Shown here in pieces: positions 11,750 through 24,189 of a stretch of DNA of 64,000 nucleotides (positions are counted from its first letter, which is position 1; every line of letters begins with the position of its first letter). The stretch is from Squalus acanthias (Eukaryota). Made by a program: the position numbers and the translations under genes. Location: assembly GCA_030390025.1 (NCBI GenBank), contig CM059430.1:73842001-73906000 (forward strand). Direction: 5' to 3'. Under the pieces are notes generated by a model that saw only the letters and a program-made list of their open reading frames with translations, made no database searches and was not told the origin of the DNA.

Positions 11750-14700
11750 AAGAGGGGACAGAGAACCAGCGGTGAGTATTTCTACAGTATTTCTACATTC
11801 CAGTCATTAAAGTAAAAGGAAGGACTCTAGTTTAGAGTTGGTAGTGTTGAAAGGAAATTAATGACCCGAGTGTATTTAATATTCTTTAATTTAAAAGGAG
11901 TTAATTAAGGGTAGGACATGGTAGAGCAGCTCGGCAGCGTGGAGTGCTCCTCCTGTGCTACATTGGAAGTCAGGGACACTTTAGGTGTTCAGGGCGAACA
12001 CATGTGCAGAAAGTATCTCCAGCTGCAGCTACTCGAAATCCGCCTTTCGGAGCTGGTGCTGCGGCTGGAGTCACTGTGGATCATCCGTGAAGCTGAGATC
12101 TTCATGGATAGCACGTTTAACAAGGTGGTCACACCGCAGACAGGTAATGGGTGACCACCAGAGAGAATACAAGATCTAGGAAGGTAGTGCAGAAGTCCTC
12201 TGGGTCGATCTCACTCTCCGACATATTTTCCGTTTTGGATACTGATGGGGGAGATGGTTTCTCAGGGGAATGCAGCATGAGCCAAGTCCGTGACATTACG
12301 AGTTTCTCAGCTGCACAGGATGGGAGGAAAAAGACTGGCAGATTAAAAAGCAGGACTCAAAAGTTGTAATACCTGGATTACTCCCGATGCCGCGTGCGAG
12401 TGAGTATCGGAATAGGAGGATAGAGCAGATGAATGCGTGGCTACAGAGTTGGTGCAGGAGGGAGGGCTTTAGTTTCCTGGATCGCTGAGTCTGCTGCTTT
12501 TGAAGGTCGGACGTGTACAATTCAGACGGTTGCACCAGAACCGGAACGGGACCAACATCCTTGCTTGGAGGTTTGCTAATACTGTTGGGGGCGGAGGTGG
12601 GGGGCGGTGGTTAAACTAACTTGGCAGGGGGATGGGATACCGAGAGCAGCTCTAGTAGGGTGTGATGCACAGCCAAATATAGAGGAAAAAACAAGTCAGC
12701 CTGGACGGCAGAGCAAATATGTAACGGCACAAGGAAGTATGGCAAGGCTGGATGGCATTTATTTTTTATGCAAGGAGTCTTGCGAGTAAGGCAGATGAAT
12801 TGAAGGTACTGATGAACACATGGGAGTGTGATATTGTTGCTATCAGAGACACATGTTTGAGGGAGGGGCTGGACTAGCAGCTCAATATTCCGGGGTATAG
12901 ATTCTTCAGGCGAGACAGAGGTGGGTGGAAAAGAAGAGGGGGTGTCGCAATATTAATCAAGGAGTCAATTACTGCTGTAATGTGGGATGATATCTTAGCA
13001 GATTCATCTAATGAGTACATAGGGTACAACTTAAAAAGAAAAAGGGGGCAAGCACTTTGATGAGAGTGTACTATAGATCCCAAACTTTCACGGAGAGATA
13101 GAGGAATAGATAATAGGCAAATCTCCGAGAAGTGCAGAAATAATAGGGTAATAATAGTAGGTTATTTCAACTTCCCCAATATTAACTGGGGTAGTCAGAG
13201 TGTGAAAGGCTTAGAGGTTGCGGAATTCTTAAAGTGCATCCAGGAGAGCTTTTTGAGCCAGCATGTATAAAGTCCTGCAAGAGAGGGGCCAGTACTGGAC
13301 ATAATTTTAGGGAATGCAGTCGGGTAACTGGGAGAAGTGTTAGTTGGAGAGCATTTTGGTGACAGTGACCATAATTCGTTGAGATTTAAGGTAGTAATGG
13401 AAAAGGACAAAGATGGACCGGAAATAAAGGTTCTAAATTGGGGGAAGACCTATTTTAATATGAAAAGGCAGGATCTGGCAAAAGTGGACTGGGATCAGCT
13501 ACTTGTCGGAAAATCCACATTAGAGCAGTGGGAGTCCTTCAGAAAGGAAATAGAGAGATTACAACGGCAACATGTTCCCATAAAGGTCAAGGTGGGACCA
13601 ACAAGCCCAGGGAACCCTGGATGTTAAGGGATATGCGAGATTGGATTAGGAAAAAAAGGAAGGCTTTTGGCAGATACAAAGGACTAAAAACAGTGGAAGC
13701 CCGAGAGGAGTATAGAAAGTACAGGGGGTAATTAAAAAAGAAATTAGGAAAGCGAAGAGGGGGCATGAAATAACACTGGCGGGCAAAATAAACGAAAATC
13801 CCAAGGTGTTTTATAACTATATTAATGGCAAGACGATAACCAGGGTAAGAGTAGGGCCCATTAGGGACCAAAGTGGCAATCAGTGTTTAGAGCCAGAAAA
13901 TGTAGGTGGGGTTTAAAATGAATATTTTGCATCTGTGTTCACTATGGAGAGGACGATGTCGGCATCGAAATCAGATAGGGGGATTCTGATATACATGAAC
14001 AAATTAGTGCTGAGAGGGAGGAGGTACTAGCGGTTTTAGCGGGCTTAAAAGTGGATAAATCCCCAGGGCCTGACGAGATGTATCCCACGCTGCTGTGTGA
14101 GGCAAGGGAGGAGATTGCAGGGGCTCTGACACAAATTTTCAGAACCTCTCTGGACACAGGTGAGGTAACAGAAGACTGGAGAACAGCTAACGTCGCACCA
14201 TTATTCAGGAAGGGTAGTGGGGATAAACCAGGGAATTACAGGCCAGTGAGCCTAACATCAGTGATAGGGAAATTATTGGAAAAAATTCTGAGGGACAGAA
14301 TTAGTCTCCACTTGGAGAGGCAAGGATTAATCAAGGATAGTCAGCATGGATTTGTCAGGGGGAGATCATGTCTGACCAATTTGATTTAATTTTTCGAGGT
14401 GATGAATAGATGTGTGGATGAGGGTAGTGCAGTTGATGTGGTCTACATGGACTTCAGTAAGGCTTTTGACAAAGTCCCGCATGCGAAACTGGTCAAGTAG
14501 GTAAGAGACCATGTGATCCAGGGCAACTTGGCACATTGGATCCAAAATTGGCTTCGTGGCAGGAGGCAGAGCGTGATGGTCGAAGGTTGCTTTTGTGACT
14601 GGAAGCCTCTGTCCAGTGGTGTACTGCAGGGTTCAGTGCTGTGTCCTTTGCTGTTTGTAGTGTACATTCATGATTTAGATATGAATGTAGGAGGTATGAT

Positions 14701-15640
14701 AAGTAAGTTCGCAGATGACACGGAAATTTTTGGGGTGATAAATAGCGAGCAGGCTAACCTCAGTCTGCAGGACGATATAGGCTGGTCGGTCAGATGGGCA
14801 GAACAGTGGCAAATGGGATTTAACCCAGAAAAGTGTGAGGTGATGCATTTTGGGAGGATTAAAAAGGCAAGGGAATACACAATGAATGGTAGGACCCTAG
14901 GAAGGACAGAGGATCAGAGGGACCTGGGTGTGCTTGTACATAAATCCCTGAAGGCAGCTGGACAGGTAGATAAGGTGGTTAAAAAGGCATATGGAATAAT
15001 TGCCTTCATTAGCCGAGGCATAGAATATAAGAGCAGGGATATTCCGATGGAGCTGTGCAAAACGCTAGTTATGCCACAGCTGGAATACTGTGTGTAGTTC
15101 TGGTCGCCACATAATAGGAAGAATGTGCTTGCATTGGAGAGGGTGCAGAGGACATTCACCAGGATGTTACCTGGGCTGCAGCGCTTCAGCTATAAAGAGA
15201 AACTGGACAGGCTGCGGTTGTTTTCCTTAGAGCAGAGAAGGTTGAGAGGGGACCTGATTGATGCTTACAAAATTATGAGGGGCAAAACTAGGGTAAATAA
15301 AAAGGAACTTTTCCCCTTAGTACATGGGTCAATAACCAGGGGGCATAATTTCAAGTTACGTGGCAGGAGGTTTAGAGGGGTTTTGAGGAAAAACTTTTTC
15401 ACCAAGAGGGTGGTTGGAATCTGGAACTCACTGCCTGAAAGGGTGGTGGAGGCAGGAACCCTCACAATATTCAAGAAGCATTTAAATGAGCACTTGAAAC
15501 GCCGTAGCATACAAGGCTACGGACCAAGTGCTGGAAAATGGGATTAGAATAGACAGGGCTTGATGGCCGGTGTGGACACGATGGGCCGAAGGGCCTCTTT
15601 CTGTGCTGTATAACTCTTTGAGTCTATGACTCTATGACTC
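11750..15640 (+). mobile_element. Near full-length decayed CR1 LINE (ORF1 zinc-knuckle/coiled-coil plus ORF2 EN-RT)
   Basis: ORF1 VECSSC...HMCRKYLQLQLLEIRLSEL; ORF2 GDSDHN, KSPGPD and KFADDT; (gactctat)n tail. Confidence 0.9.
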
Positions 15641-16810
15641 CATGCTTTTATTCTGACTTTTAAAAATTGTTACAGACAGCAAAACATTCGGGCTTCCCAT
15701 GGGGTAAGGTTAAACCTGAAATAAATATGGACAACCGTTTAAAAATGTATATATTTTTAAATGTTCTTAAAAATTATATTTGTTATCATAATGGGGAAAT
15801 TTGTCACTCCACAAAATTAAGATTAGTTTTTCAGGTTCTTATTTTGTTGAGGTATCAGTACACTGTAATACCCCAGTTACACCTAATCCATCAAGACCTA
15901 ATTTTTAGTGGGGTATTTAACAGTGATATTATCGTGGAAAAGCGCAAATTTTCGTCAGTTTAACTGATATCACTGATTAAATTGATTGGCGGCTATAGCG
16001 GTATAGCGCAGCCAGTGTCGGAGCAGTGAATGACTGACCGCAATGTCAGGATTTCCGTTTAGATTCGCAGTCAGTTTCAACAAGACAATAACAGCGAACA
16101 CTGTTAGTTCCGCGTTACTATCCAACGCAAAATCCGGCCCTATATTAAATTTCGATTTCTAGATACTTCATGAAAAGGAAATCTATGAGAACAAGTCTAC
16201 ATAATGCAGTTATAATTTTGGATTGGTGTTCCGGTAGACTCCACTGAAACAACCTGGGTAACTACAAATTTATCCCAGCTGTACAGGATGCGACTCTGCT
16301 AATGAAGTAACTGCAGATGGAGTGCACAATTCAATCACGTTTACCGATCCGTTTTCGATTCTAATGGAAAACACTTTTGCTTCATCAAAGACTTTAAATT
16401 TCATGATCGATTTATTGAAGCAATTCAATAACAAGACATAGAAGAATACTGTTCAAACAGCTGCAGGACGCTTTATCAAGGCTCAATAACAAGGAAAAAG
16501 ATTGGCAAATTACTCAAGTAAAATATTTAACATAATAAACTTTTTTAACTTTAATCCGGAAATTTTTTCATGAATCAAAGTATAACGTTTGGCAATATTT
16601 CAGAAAGGAGCTGGAGAACTTTTGAATGACTCGCTTCGTTCCAGTGTCCACAGCAGAGTAGCGGAGATATTTTATCAACGGGAACAGCGTGGCGCCTTAC
16701 AACTATCTCCTTCACCGATTATCAAATTTTTCTGAACCACTGCTACAGGAAATGTAAAAAAAGAGTTCTCTCTTTCCCTCGACTGACGCTCTCGATGATC
16801 AGCGACTTGC

Positions 16811-17002
16811 TCAGCAGTAGATTCTCTTGTCACATTTATTTGTTATATGACTGTTCCTCCCGACCACCCTTTTCTGGTTTTTGAACTGAACCTGCCCGTA
16901 CACTATGGTCTCCTCTTGCCGTTTCGGTTTTGTATATGTCTTCTGACCGACGAAATCTAGCGCACAGGAAGTCAGCCTTTCATCAGCTACCATTTGCGGA
17001 AT
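16811..17002 (-). CDS. Cytoplasmic terminal exon B with ITIM IVYGQV (IPQMVADERLTSCALDFVGQKTYTKPKRQEETIVYGQVQFKNQ...RIYC*)
   Basis: Acceptor ttctacag| (phase 0), in frame with the exon A donor. ITIM at 16889-16906, stop at 16811-16813, minus-strand AATAAA at 16411-16416. Aligns without gaps to exon A. Confidence 0.62.
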   Translation of the reverse strand: MPQMVADERLTSCALDFVGQKTYTKPKRQEETIVYGQVQFKNQKRVVGRNSHITNKCDKRIYC

Positions 17003-17410
17003 CTGTAGAACAGTTCAGAAATAGCGTTAATATTCTGTCTTCATAAGCCTGCGGATTCCTACCTCAAACAAACTCGGATATTACTGCATAGGATGAGGCA
17101 AATGCGACATGCGAGAACCTACCACAACTTCTCTCACCATCCTGAAGCGACTCAAGCATACCCTGCTGCACCTCAAACCTGAGCCACGTTACCACATTCA
17201 CCTGAACATACATGGGGATATATGTTATGTATAGCCGATTATGATAGTGAAATAACAACATAAACTTCAGCCATAAATTTTCGTGTAAGTATGAAACTGT
17301 TTCCAGCAGCAGAAGTATCGCTAAACAGATTTAAGGTAATTGGCAAAAGAGCCAGAGTTGAGATAAGGAGATTTTTTTTAACACAGTAAGTTATTATGAT
17401 CTGGAATATA

Positions 17411-18043
17411 TTGGCCCATATTGTCTGATCGCAGGTCTCCCGCGGGCGGAGGCCTGCGATCTGGATGAATCTGAGCCCTTACCTGAGGGCTCCCCGGACG
17501 CGCACAGTTCCGATGCTGGGACTCACCAAATTCCAAGAGCGCAGGGCCCACGTATGCCAGAGGCGCATGTGGTTCGCAGCGTCACTGGGATCACGTGGGC
17601 CATGGGGAACCAATCACGTAAGGGAATCTCCCTCCATACATTTGACCTGTCAAATATATGAATGAAGATCAATGAAAAAACATGGTAAAATTAAAAAAAA
17701 TATATTTTTAAATCACTTTCTTAAAAGTAATTGAAATTACAATAAATTAAGTTTAAAATAAAGTATTTTAAAAACTGCTTTTCTTCTCTTATCCTGGTAA
17801 AAGCAGGCCTTACACCTGCTTTTCCCAGGCGGAAGAATTGTAAGTGTTTTCTGCGGGCGGAGGGTCTCCAAAAAGCGGAACTATCCGCCCGCAGATGCCC
17901 TTCTCCAGGGCAGCCGGAGGGTCTGTCAAGAGGATTCTTGACAGAGCGCATGCGTTGTGCGTGCCTGAAAGCTGCATTTGCGATGTCCTACGGGTGGGTG
18001 CACAGTGTGTAGCCACACGGAGTGCTCGGAATATCCGGCCCAT
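17411..18043 (+). mobile_element. Non-autonomous TIR element (MITE family) inserted in a CR1 3' fragment
   Basis: Imperfect TIRs, GC-rich arms and AT-rich core; clear similarity to 32252-32985. CR1 sequence resumes on both sides. Confidence 0.7.
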
Positions 18044-18671
18044 TGTCTGAAGCAGTGGTGGAAGCAGATTCGACAGTACATTTCAAAAGGAAATTAGCTA
18101 TGCGCTTGAAAAGGAAAATGCTATCAGGGTTATGGAGAAAGTGAAAGGGAGTTTGAATAATTTGATAGCTTTCCAAAGAGATGGCACAGGTACGATAGGT
18201 CGAAAAATTCTTCTGTGTTGAAAGATTCTATGACTCTATGATATGCCTGTTAACAAGGAGCACATGCAAAGTCTAACATAAGTGTAATGCTCGAATGCAA
18301 TACCAGTGTGAGACAGCAAATAAGTTTAAGGGGATATTTAATAACGGCTTTCAAGATCATAAAGTGTTGTGTTGCAGTAAATAAGGAGACTTTCTTTCCA
18401 ATCAGAGAATAATTGGTAACAGGTGGACACAGATATGAAGTAATTCTCAAAAGAGTCGAAGTTGAGATGATGAAAAAAATGTTATGCAGCAACTTATTAT
18501 GAACTGGAATGCACTGCCTGAAAGAGTAGTGGAAAGAGATTCACTAGTAACTTTAAAAACGAATTTTAGTAAATATTTATTTTGAGAAAATTTCAGGACT
18601 GTGGGGAAACAGCAGAGGAGTGAGACTGGTTACATAGCATTTACAAAGAGCCGACCCAGGTGGGAAGGACC

Positions 18672-21600
18672 AAATAAGAACACAGGAAATAGGAGCAGGG
18701 GTAGGCCATTCGGCCCCTCGAGCATCCTCCACCATTCAATAAGATCATGATTGATCTGATCTTGGCCTCAACTGCAAATTCCTGCCTGCTCCCATAACCC
18801 TTGACTCCACCGTTTCCCAAATATCTGTCTATCTCCGTCTTAAATATATTCAAAGACTTAGCCTCCACAGCTCTCTGGGGTAGAACATTCCAAAGATTCA
18901 CGACCTCTGAGAGTAGAAATTCATCTTCATCTCCGTTTTAAATGGGCGAACCTTTTTCTGAAACTATGCCCCTCGTTCTAGATTCCTCCACGAGGGGAAA
19001 CTTTCTCACAGCATGCAACCTGCCATGCCCCCTCAGGTTCTTATATGTTTCAATAAGATTATCTCATTCATCTAAATTCGAATGAGTATAGGCCTAACCT
19101 GCTCAACCTTTCCTCATAAGACAACCATATCAACTCAGGAATCACAGCAGTGTACCTTCTCTGAACTGTCTCCAATGCAAGTATATCCTTCCTTGAATAA
19201 GGAGACCAAAACTATATGTAGTACTCCAGGTGTGGTCTCACCAACACCTTGTACAAGTGCAGCAAGAATGTCCTACTTTTATACTCCGTCCCCCTTGCAA
19301 TAAAGGCAAACATTCCAATTGCCTTCCCAATTATTTGCTGTACCGGCATGCTAACTTTTTGTGTTTCATGTACGAGGACACCCATATCCCTCTGTACCGC
19401 AGCATTCTGTAGTCTCTCACCGTTAAAATAATATTTTGATTTTTATTCTTCCTACCAAAGTGGATAACCTCACATTTTCCCACAATACACTACATCTGCC
19501 AGATTTTTGCCCACTCACTTAACCTATCTATATCCCTTTGCTGATTATTTGTGTTCTCCTAATAACTTGCTTTCCCACCTATCTTTGAATAATCAGTAAA
19601 ATTGGCAACAGTGCGCTCGGTCCATTCATCCATGTCATTAATATATTTGTAAATAGTTAAGACCCCAGCACTGATCCCTGTGGTACATCACTAGTTACAG
19701 TTTGCCGAACAGAAATTGACCCATTTATCCCGACACTCTGCTTTCTGTTAGTTGGCCATTGCTCTATCCATTTAAATATATTACCCCCATTACCGTGAGC
19801 CCTTATCTTGTGCAGTTGCATTTTATGTGACACCTTATCGAAAGCCTTCTGGAAATCCAAATACACTACATCTACTGGTTCCCCTGTATCCCCTCCTGCT
19901 CGTTACATCCTCAAAGAACTCTAGTACGTTTGGCAAAAAAGATTTTCCTTTTATAAAACCATTTGACTCTACTTGATTGTATTATGATTTTCTAAATGTA
20001 CTGCTACTACTTCCATAATAATGGATTCCATCATTTTCCCAAAGACAGATGTGAGGCTTACTGGCCCATAGTTTCCTGCGTTCTGTCGCCCTCCTTTCTT
20101 GAATAGAGGCGTTACATTTGCGGTTGTTCAATCCGTTGGGACCTTTCCAGAATCCAGGGAATTTTGGTAGATTACAACCAATGCATCCACTGTCTCTGCA
20201 GCCACTTTGTTTAAGAACCTAGGATGCAGGCCAGCCGGTCCAGGGATCTTGTCAGACTTTATTCCCATTAGTTTGACTAGTACTTTTTCACTAGTGTTAG
20301 TGATTGTTTTAAGTTCCTCCTTCACTTTTTCCCCTTGATTATCTACTATTATTGGTATGCTTTTAGTGTCTTCTACTGTGAAGACAGATACAAAATATAT
20401 GTTCAATATCTCTACCATTTCCCTGTTTCCAATTATAAATTCCCCAGTCTCATGCTCTAAGGGACCAACGTTTACTTTAGCTACTCTCTTAATTTTATAT
20501 ACCTGCAGAAGCGCTAACTGTCTGTTTTTATAATTCTTGCTAGTTTACTCTCTTAATCTATCTTCATCCTCTTTATTTTTTTTTAGTCATCCTTCGCAGG
20601 TTTCTAAAGATTTCCCAATCCTCTGGCCTACCACTAATCGTTGCAACATTGTATGCCTTTTCTTTCAATTTGATACCATTCTTAACTTTCTTAGTAAGCC
20701 ACGGCTGGTTCATCCTTCTCGTAGATTCTTTCCTTCTCACTGGAATATACCTTTGCTGAGAGTTATGAAATATGCGCTCAAATGAGTGCCACTGCTTATC
20801 TACCGTCTACACTTTAACATATTTCCCAGTCCATTTTCGCCAACACTCATCATACCTTTGTAATTGCCTTTATTTTAGTTTACGACACTATTTTCAGACC
20901 CAAGTTTCTCACCCTCAAACTGAAAGGGAAATTCTATAATGCTAAGATCACTCTTCCCTAGAGTATCCTTTACTATCTGATAATTAATTAATCCTGCCTC
21001 ATTGCACATTAGCAGATCTAAAATAACCTGCTACCTGGTTGTTTCCCCTCCAAAAAGTGTTGTTCTAAGAAACCATCCTGAATACACTCTATGAACTCGT
21101 ACTCAAGTCTAGCTTTGCCAATTTGATAGCCTATATGCAGATTGAAATCGCCCATGAATTTGCAGTACCTTTCTTACAAGCCCCCATTATTTCTTGATTT
21201 ATATACTGCCCTATTGTGTAGCTAATGCTAGGGGACCTATAGAGTATTCCCAGCAGTGGCTTCTTTCCCTTACTATTGCTTATTTACACCCAAACTGCTT
21301 CTCCAACTTGATCTTCCGAGCCAATATAATTTGTCACTAATGTACTGGTGTCATCATTTATTAACAGAGCTATCCCACTTCCTTTTCCTTGCTGTCTATT
21401 CTTCCCAAATGTTAAATACCCCTGAATATTTAGTTCCCAGCTTAGGTCTCCTTGCAACCACGTTTCTGTAATGGCTTTCAGATCATACCCATTTATATAT
21501 ATTTGTGCCCTCAATTCATCTATCTTTTTACGAATGCTGCGCGCATTCAGATAAAGAACCTTTAATGTTTTACCATTTCCCCCCTACTCTTAACCGATTT

Positions 21601-21790
21601 GCCAGTGCAGTCTTATGTTTGTACATTCTGTCCATTCCTCTCAGACTCTGGTTATCATTACCCCCATTCACTATCCTGCATTATTATCTCGTCCTTTCTC
21701 TTTAACTTGCTAAAGTTCCCCCACCAGAATCCTCCCCCTACTATTTGGTACAAAGCCTGTCTACAGCCCTAGTTATTCGACGAATGGTCT
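18672..21790 (-). mobile_element. Decayed CR1 LINE (EN-RT)
   Basis: AITETWL, YLDFQKAFDKV and VPQGSVLG on the minus strand; 3' tail near 18675. Confidence 0.9.
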
Positions 21791-23306
21791 CCTTCTGTTC
21801 TGTTAGTTTAAATGATTCTATGTAATTATGTGATAAGTCTGTTGAAGACCACATGAAGAATCTAACTGAAGTATATGTCGCGTATGCCATACCAGTGTGC
21901 AATAGCGGATCTTGACAGCTGTTTCAGCAGTGGAATTTTTTACACATTTGGATTGATTTAATTCATTGCGCCCAGCGATTGCTTTATGAACGAACACTAT
22001 ACGGTTAGCGGTAGGGAAGAAATCTCATTTAGCTCAAAATTGCGATCAAGCTGTGCTTCACACGGAGACCTGGGAGTGTGAACATATCAGGCTTTTTCTC
22101 TCATTGGTGCCGAAGTCAACATTCTCAAATCGGCATTAATAAGGCAATAATAGCCTCAAAATGGAGTTGGCAGTCTTACCGCCCTTATAAACAGACTGGC
22201 TGGACAGAGCTCCTGTGTACTTAGGTGCTAGATCCTTTTAAGATGCAAATCGTAGTCGTATAACGTACAGAGGACCCTTATTGCCATTTTAGGAACTAAC
22301 AGTGTGGAGCTTGTGCCCTGCACTCGCCAACCACGTTTACTGGCTAAACGGCAAATGTTTCTCCAAAAAGGACGGATTGCTCTTCCTGGGTCTATAAAAA
22401 ACAATCTATGACGCTGATCCTCAACTTTCCGCTTCAGAATCGCAACCTCCACTCCAGGACTTACATTGCTGCGATGGGTATTTTCCGCCTACCTCTCTGA
22501 TAATACACCATCCTGAATCCGGTCTAAATGCATCGACATGTCTCTCTAGGGCGAGCAAAGCGCCGTTTCTATTAAAATGAAGCCAAAGCATTAAAATGGC
22601 TCCGGGTTTTTTCCTGCCGGTTTGGGCCGTCCGCTGACACAAAGGTTAAAGATTACCCCAAAGAGTGCACGAACGAATATACAGTAAATTGGTGTTGGAA
22701 ACAGTTGGAGAAGGCAATGGGTGACTTTTGTCTAAGTGCACGCCTGTCAGTTCAGTGTTTAAGAGTCGCAAAATTATGTTAGACACACATCGGGGCAAAG
22801 GTAATTTAGTATTTTATCTTAACCATAGGTAAAATCTAAATCTCACTGTGAATATGCTAGCCTATTCCGTCATTATTTTACAAAAATATAACCGGTTGTA
22901 GTTTTCCAATTGGCTTAATCACCGTAATTGCTGATCAGTCCACATTTTGGAATATGAGAGAGATGGTGTTTGGACACACGAACGATAACAGAATCGATGG
23001 GGGTGAAAGATGCAAAACGGTTGAAGTGTTACGATGTAATTGCGTTGTGCCGCAATACGAATTTCACGCTTTTATTCTAAAACAACGGGGAATAAATTGG
23101 TCTGGGGTGTACTCTTACTGTACAAGAATAGCAGTCTGTTACAACTAAGTAAATCATTATATACGTTGCAGATTCGGCGGCTACAAGCAATGCAGGAAAA
23201 AAATACTTCAACCACACATTGGTTTAAAAATATCTGAAATTGTGTTACATATATATGGTATATATGCATGAAATATTGTTACATTTAGGTATGGAATTAT
23301 CAATAC

Positions 23307-23417
23307 CTCCGCGTGCACTTCGTTCGTTTTCATCTGCTTGGGGTTTGAACGCTTCTTGGGGTCAGTAAACTTCACAGTTGCATAGGTGAGTTGTTCATCT
23401 GTGACGCCTTCCTGAAC
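23307..23417 (-). CDS. Cytoplasmic exon A with ITIM LTYATV (VQEGVTDEQLTYATVKFTDPKKRSNPKQMKTNEVHAE)
   Basis: ITIM consensus at 23373-23390. Acceptor ttgcag| is phase 0; alternative phase-1 AG acceptors give exon starts at 23425 or 23428. The exon either uses donor GAG|gtattg or reads through to a stop at 23208 with AATAAA at 23071-23076. The exact link to the TM exon is uncertain (candidate micro-exons 23691-23719 and 23503-23515). Confidence 0.7.
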
Positions 23418-24189
23418 CTGCAACTCTACTTGCACAACGTTCATTATATTATAGGACAGATTGAGATCGGTTGTAGAATTTAAATTGAATCGTGATACTT
23501 ACCGGGGTTCCATTTCTAAAATTCAATAGTGTTTAATTAATTGCTGAGCATAAATCGTTTTTATATATATTTCTACTTTGATACTCTCACATCGATGTAA
23601 GTTACACTTTTTCTCAATGCAGAATTGCTAATGACTGCCAACTAGAATGTTATATTTGTATTGGTAGCATAATTTAATTAAAAAATGCACCTCTCTCCGT
23701 AGTGCCCGTATGTCGTTGACTACTCATTAAAAGGTCACGTTAACTCGCTCCCATTTCGGTGCATTATTCGTCTTATTATGAAAAAAACAGTAGAAATTTT
23801 ACTCTTTTGGACTGCTTCATGTAGATTATTTTCTCTGTCGCGAATTTCATTTTCAACGGTATAACAGGAGGATTATACATCCGCACATGAAAACCGTCAT
23901 TGGCCTCCCTGATTCTGTAACCTTCTCCAACGTTGCAGCCTCTGAGAACTCTGTCTTTCTCCAACTCTGATTTATTTTGCATCCCGTATTCATTTACCAC
24001 ATGGCTGACATCTGTGCCTTTAGCCCATTAACCCTAACCTCTGGAATTCAGTGATTGATCAATCGGTTTCTACACCACCCTTTGCTCCTTTAAAACTATC
24101 CTTGAACCCGCCTCTTTGATCAAGGTACTGGGAAGCTCTCTCCTTAACGCCAACATTTGCACCATGTCAATTCTTGACTGGCTAAGCGA

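Noticed and set aside
146-15547. Long RT/EN ORFs as host genes or active retrotransposons
   Set aside because: All are LINE fragments broken by stops and frameshifts.
17063-17201. Small AG..GT segments upstream of exon B (21 nt and 40 nt) as coding exons
   Set aside because: They contain stops or have the wrong phase in the needed frame, and one would require a 60-nt intron.
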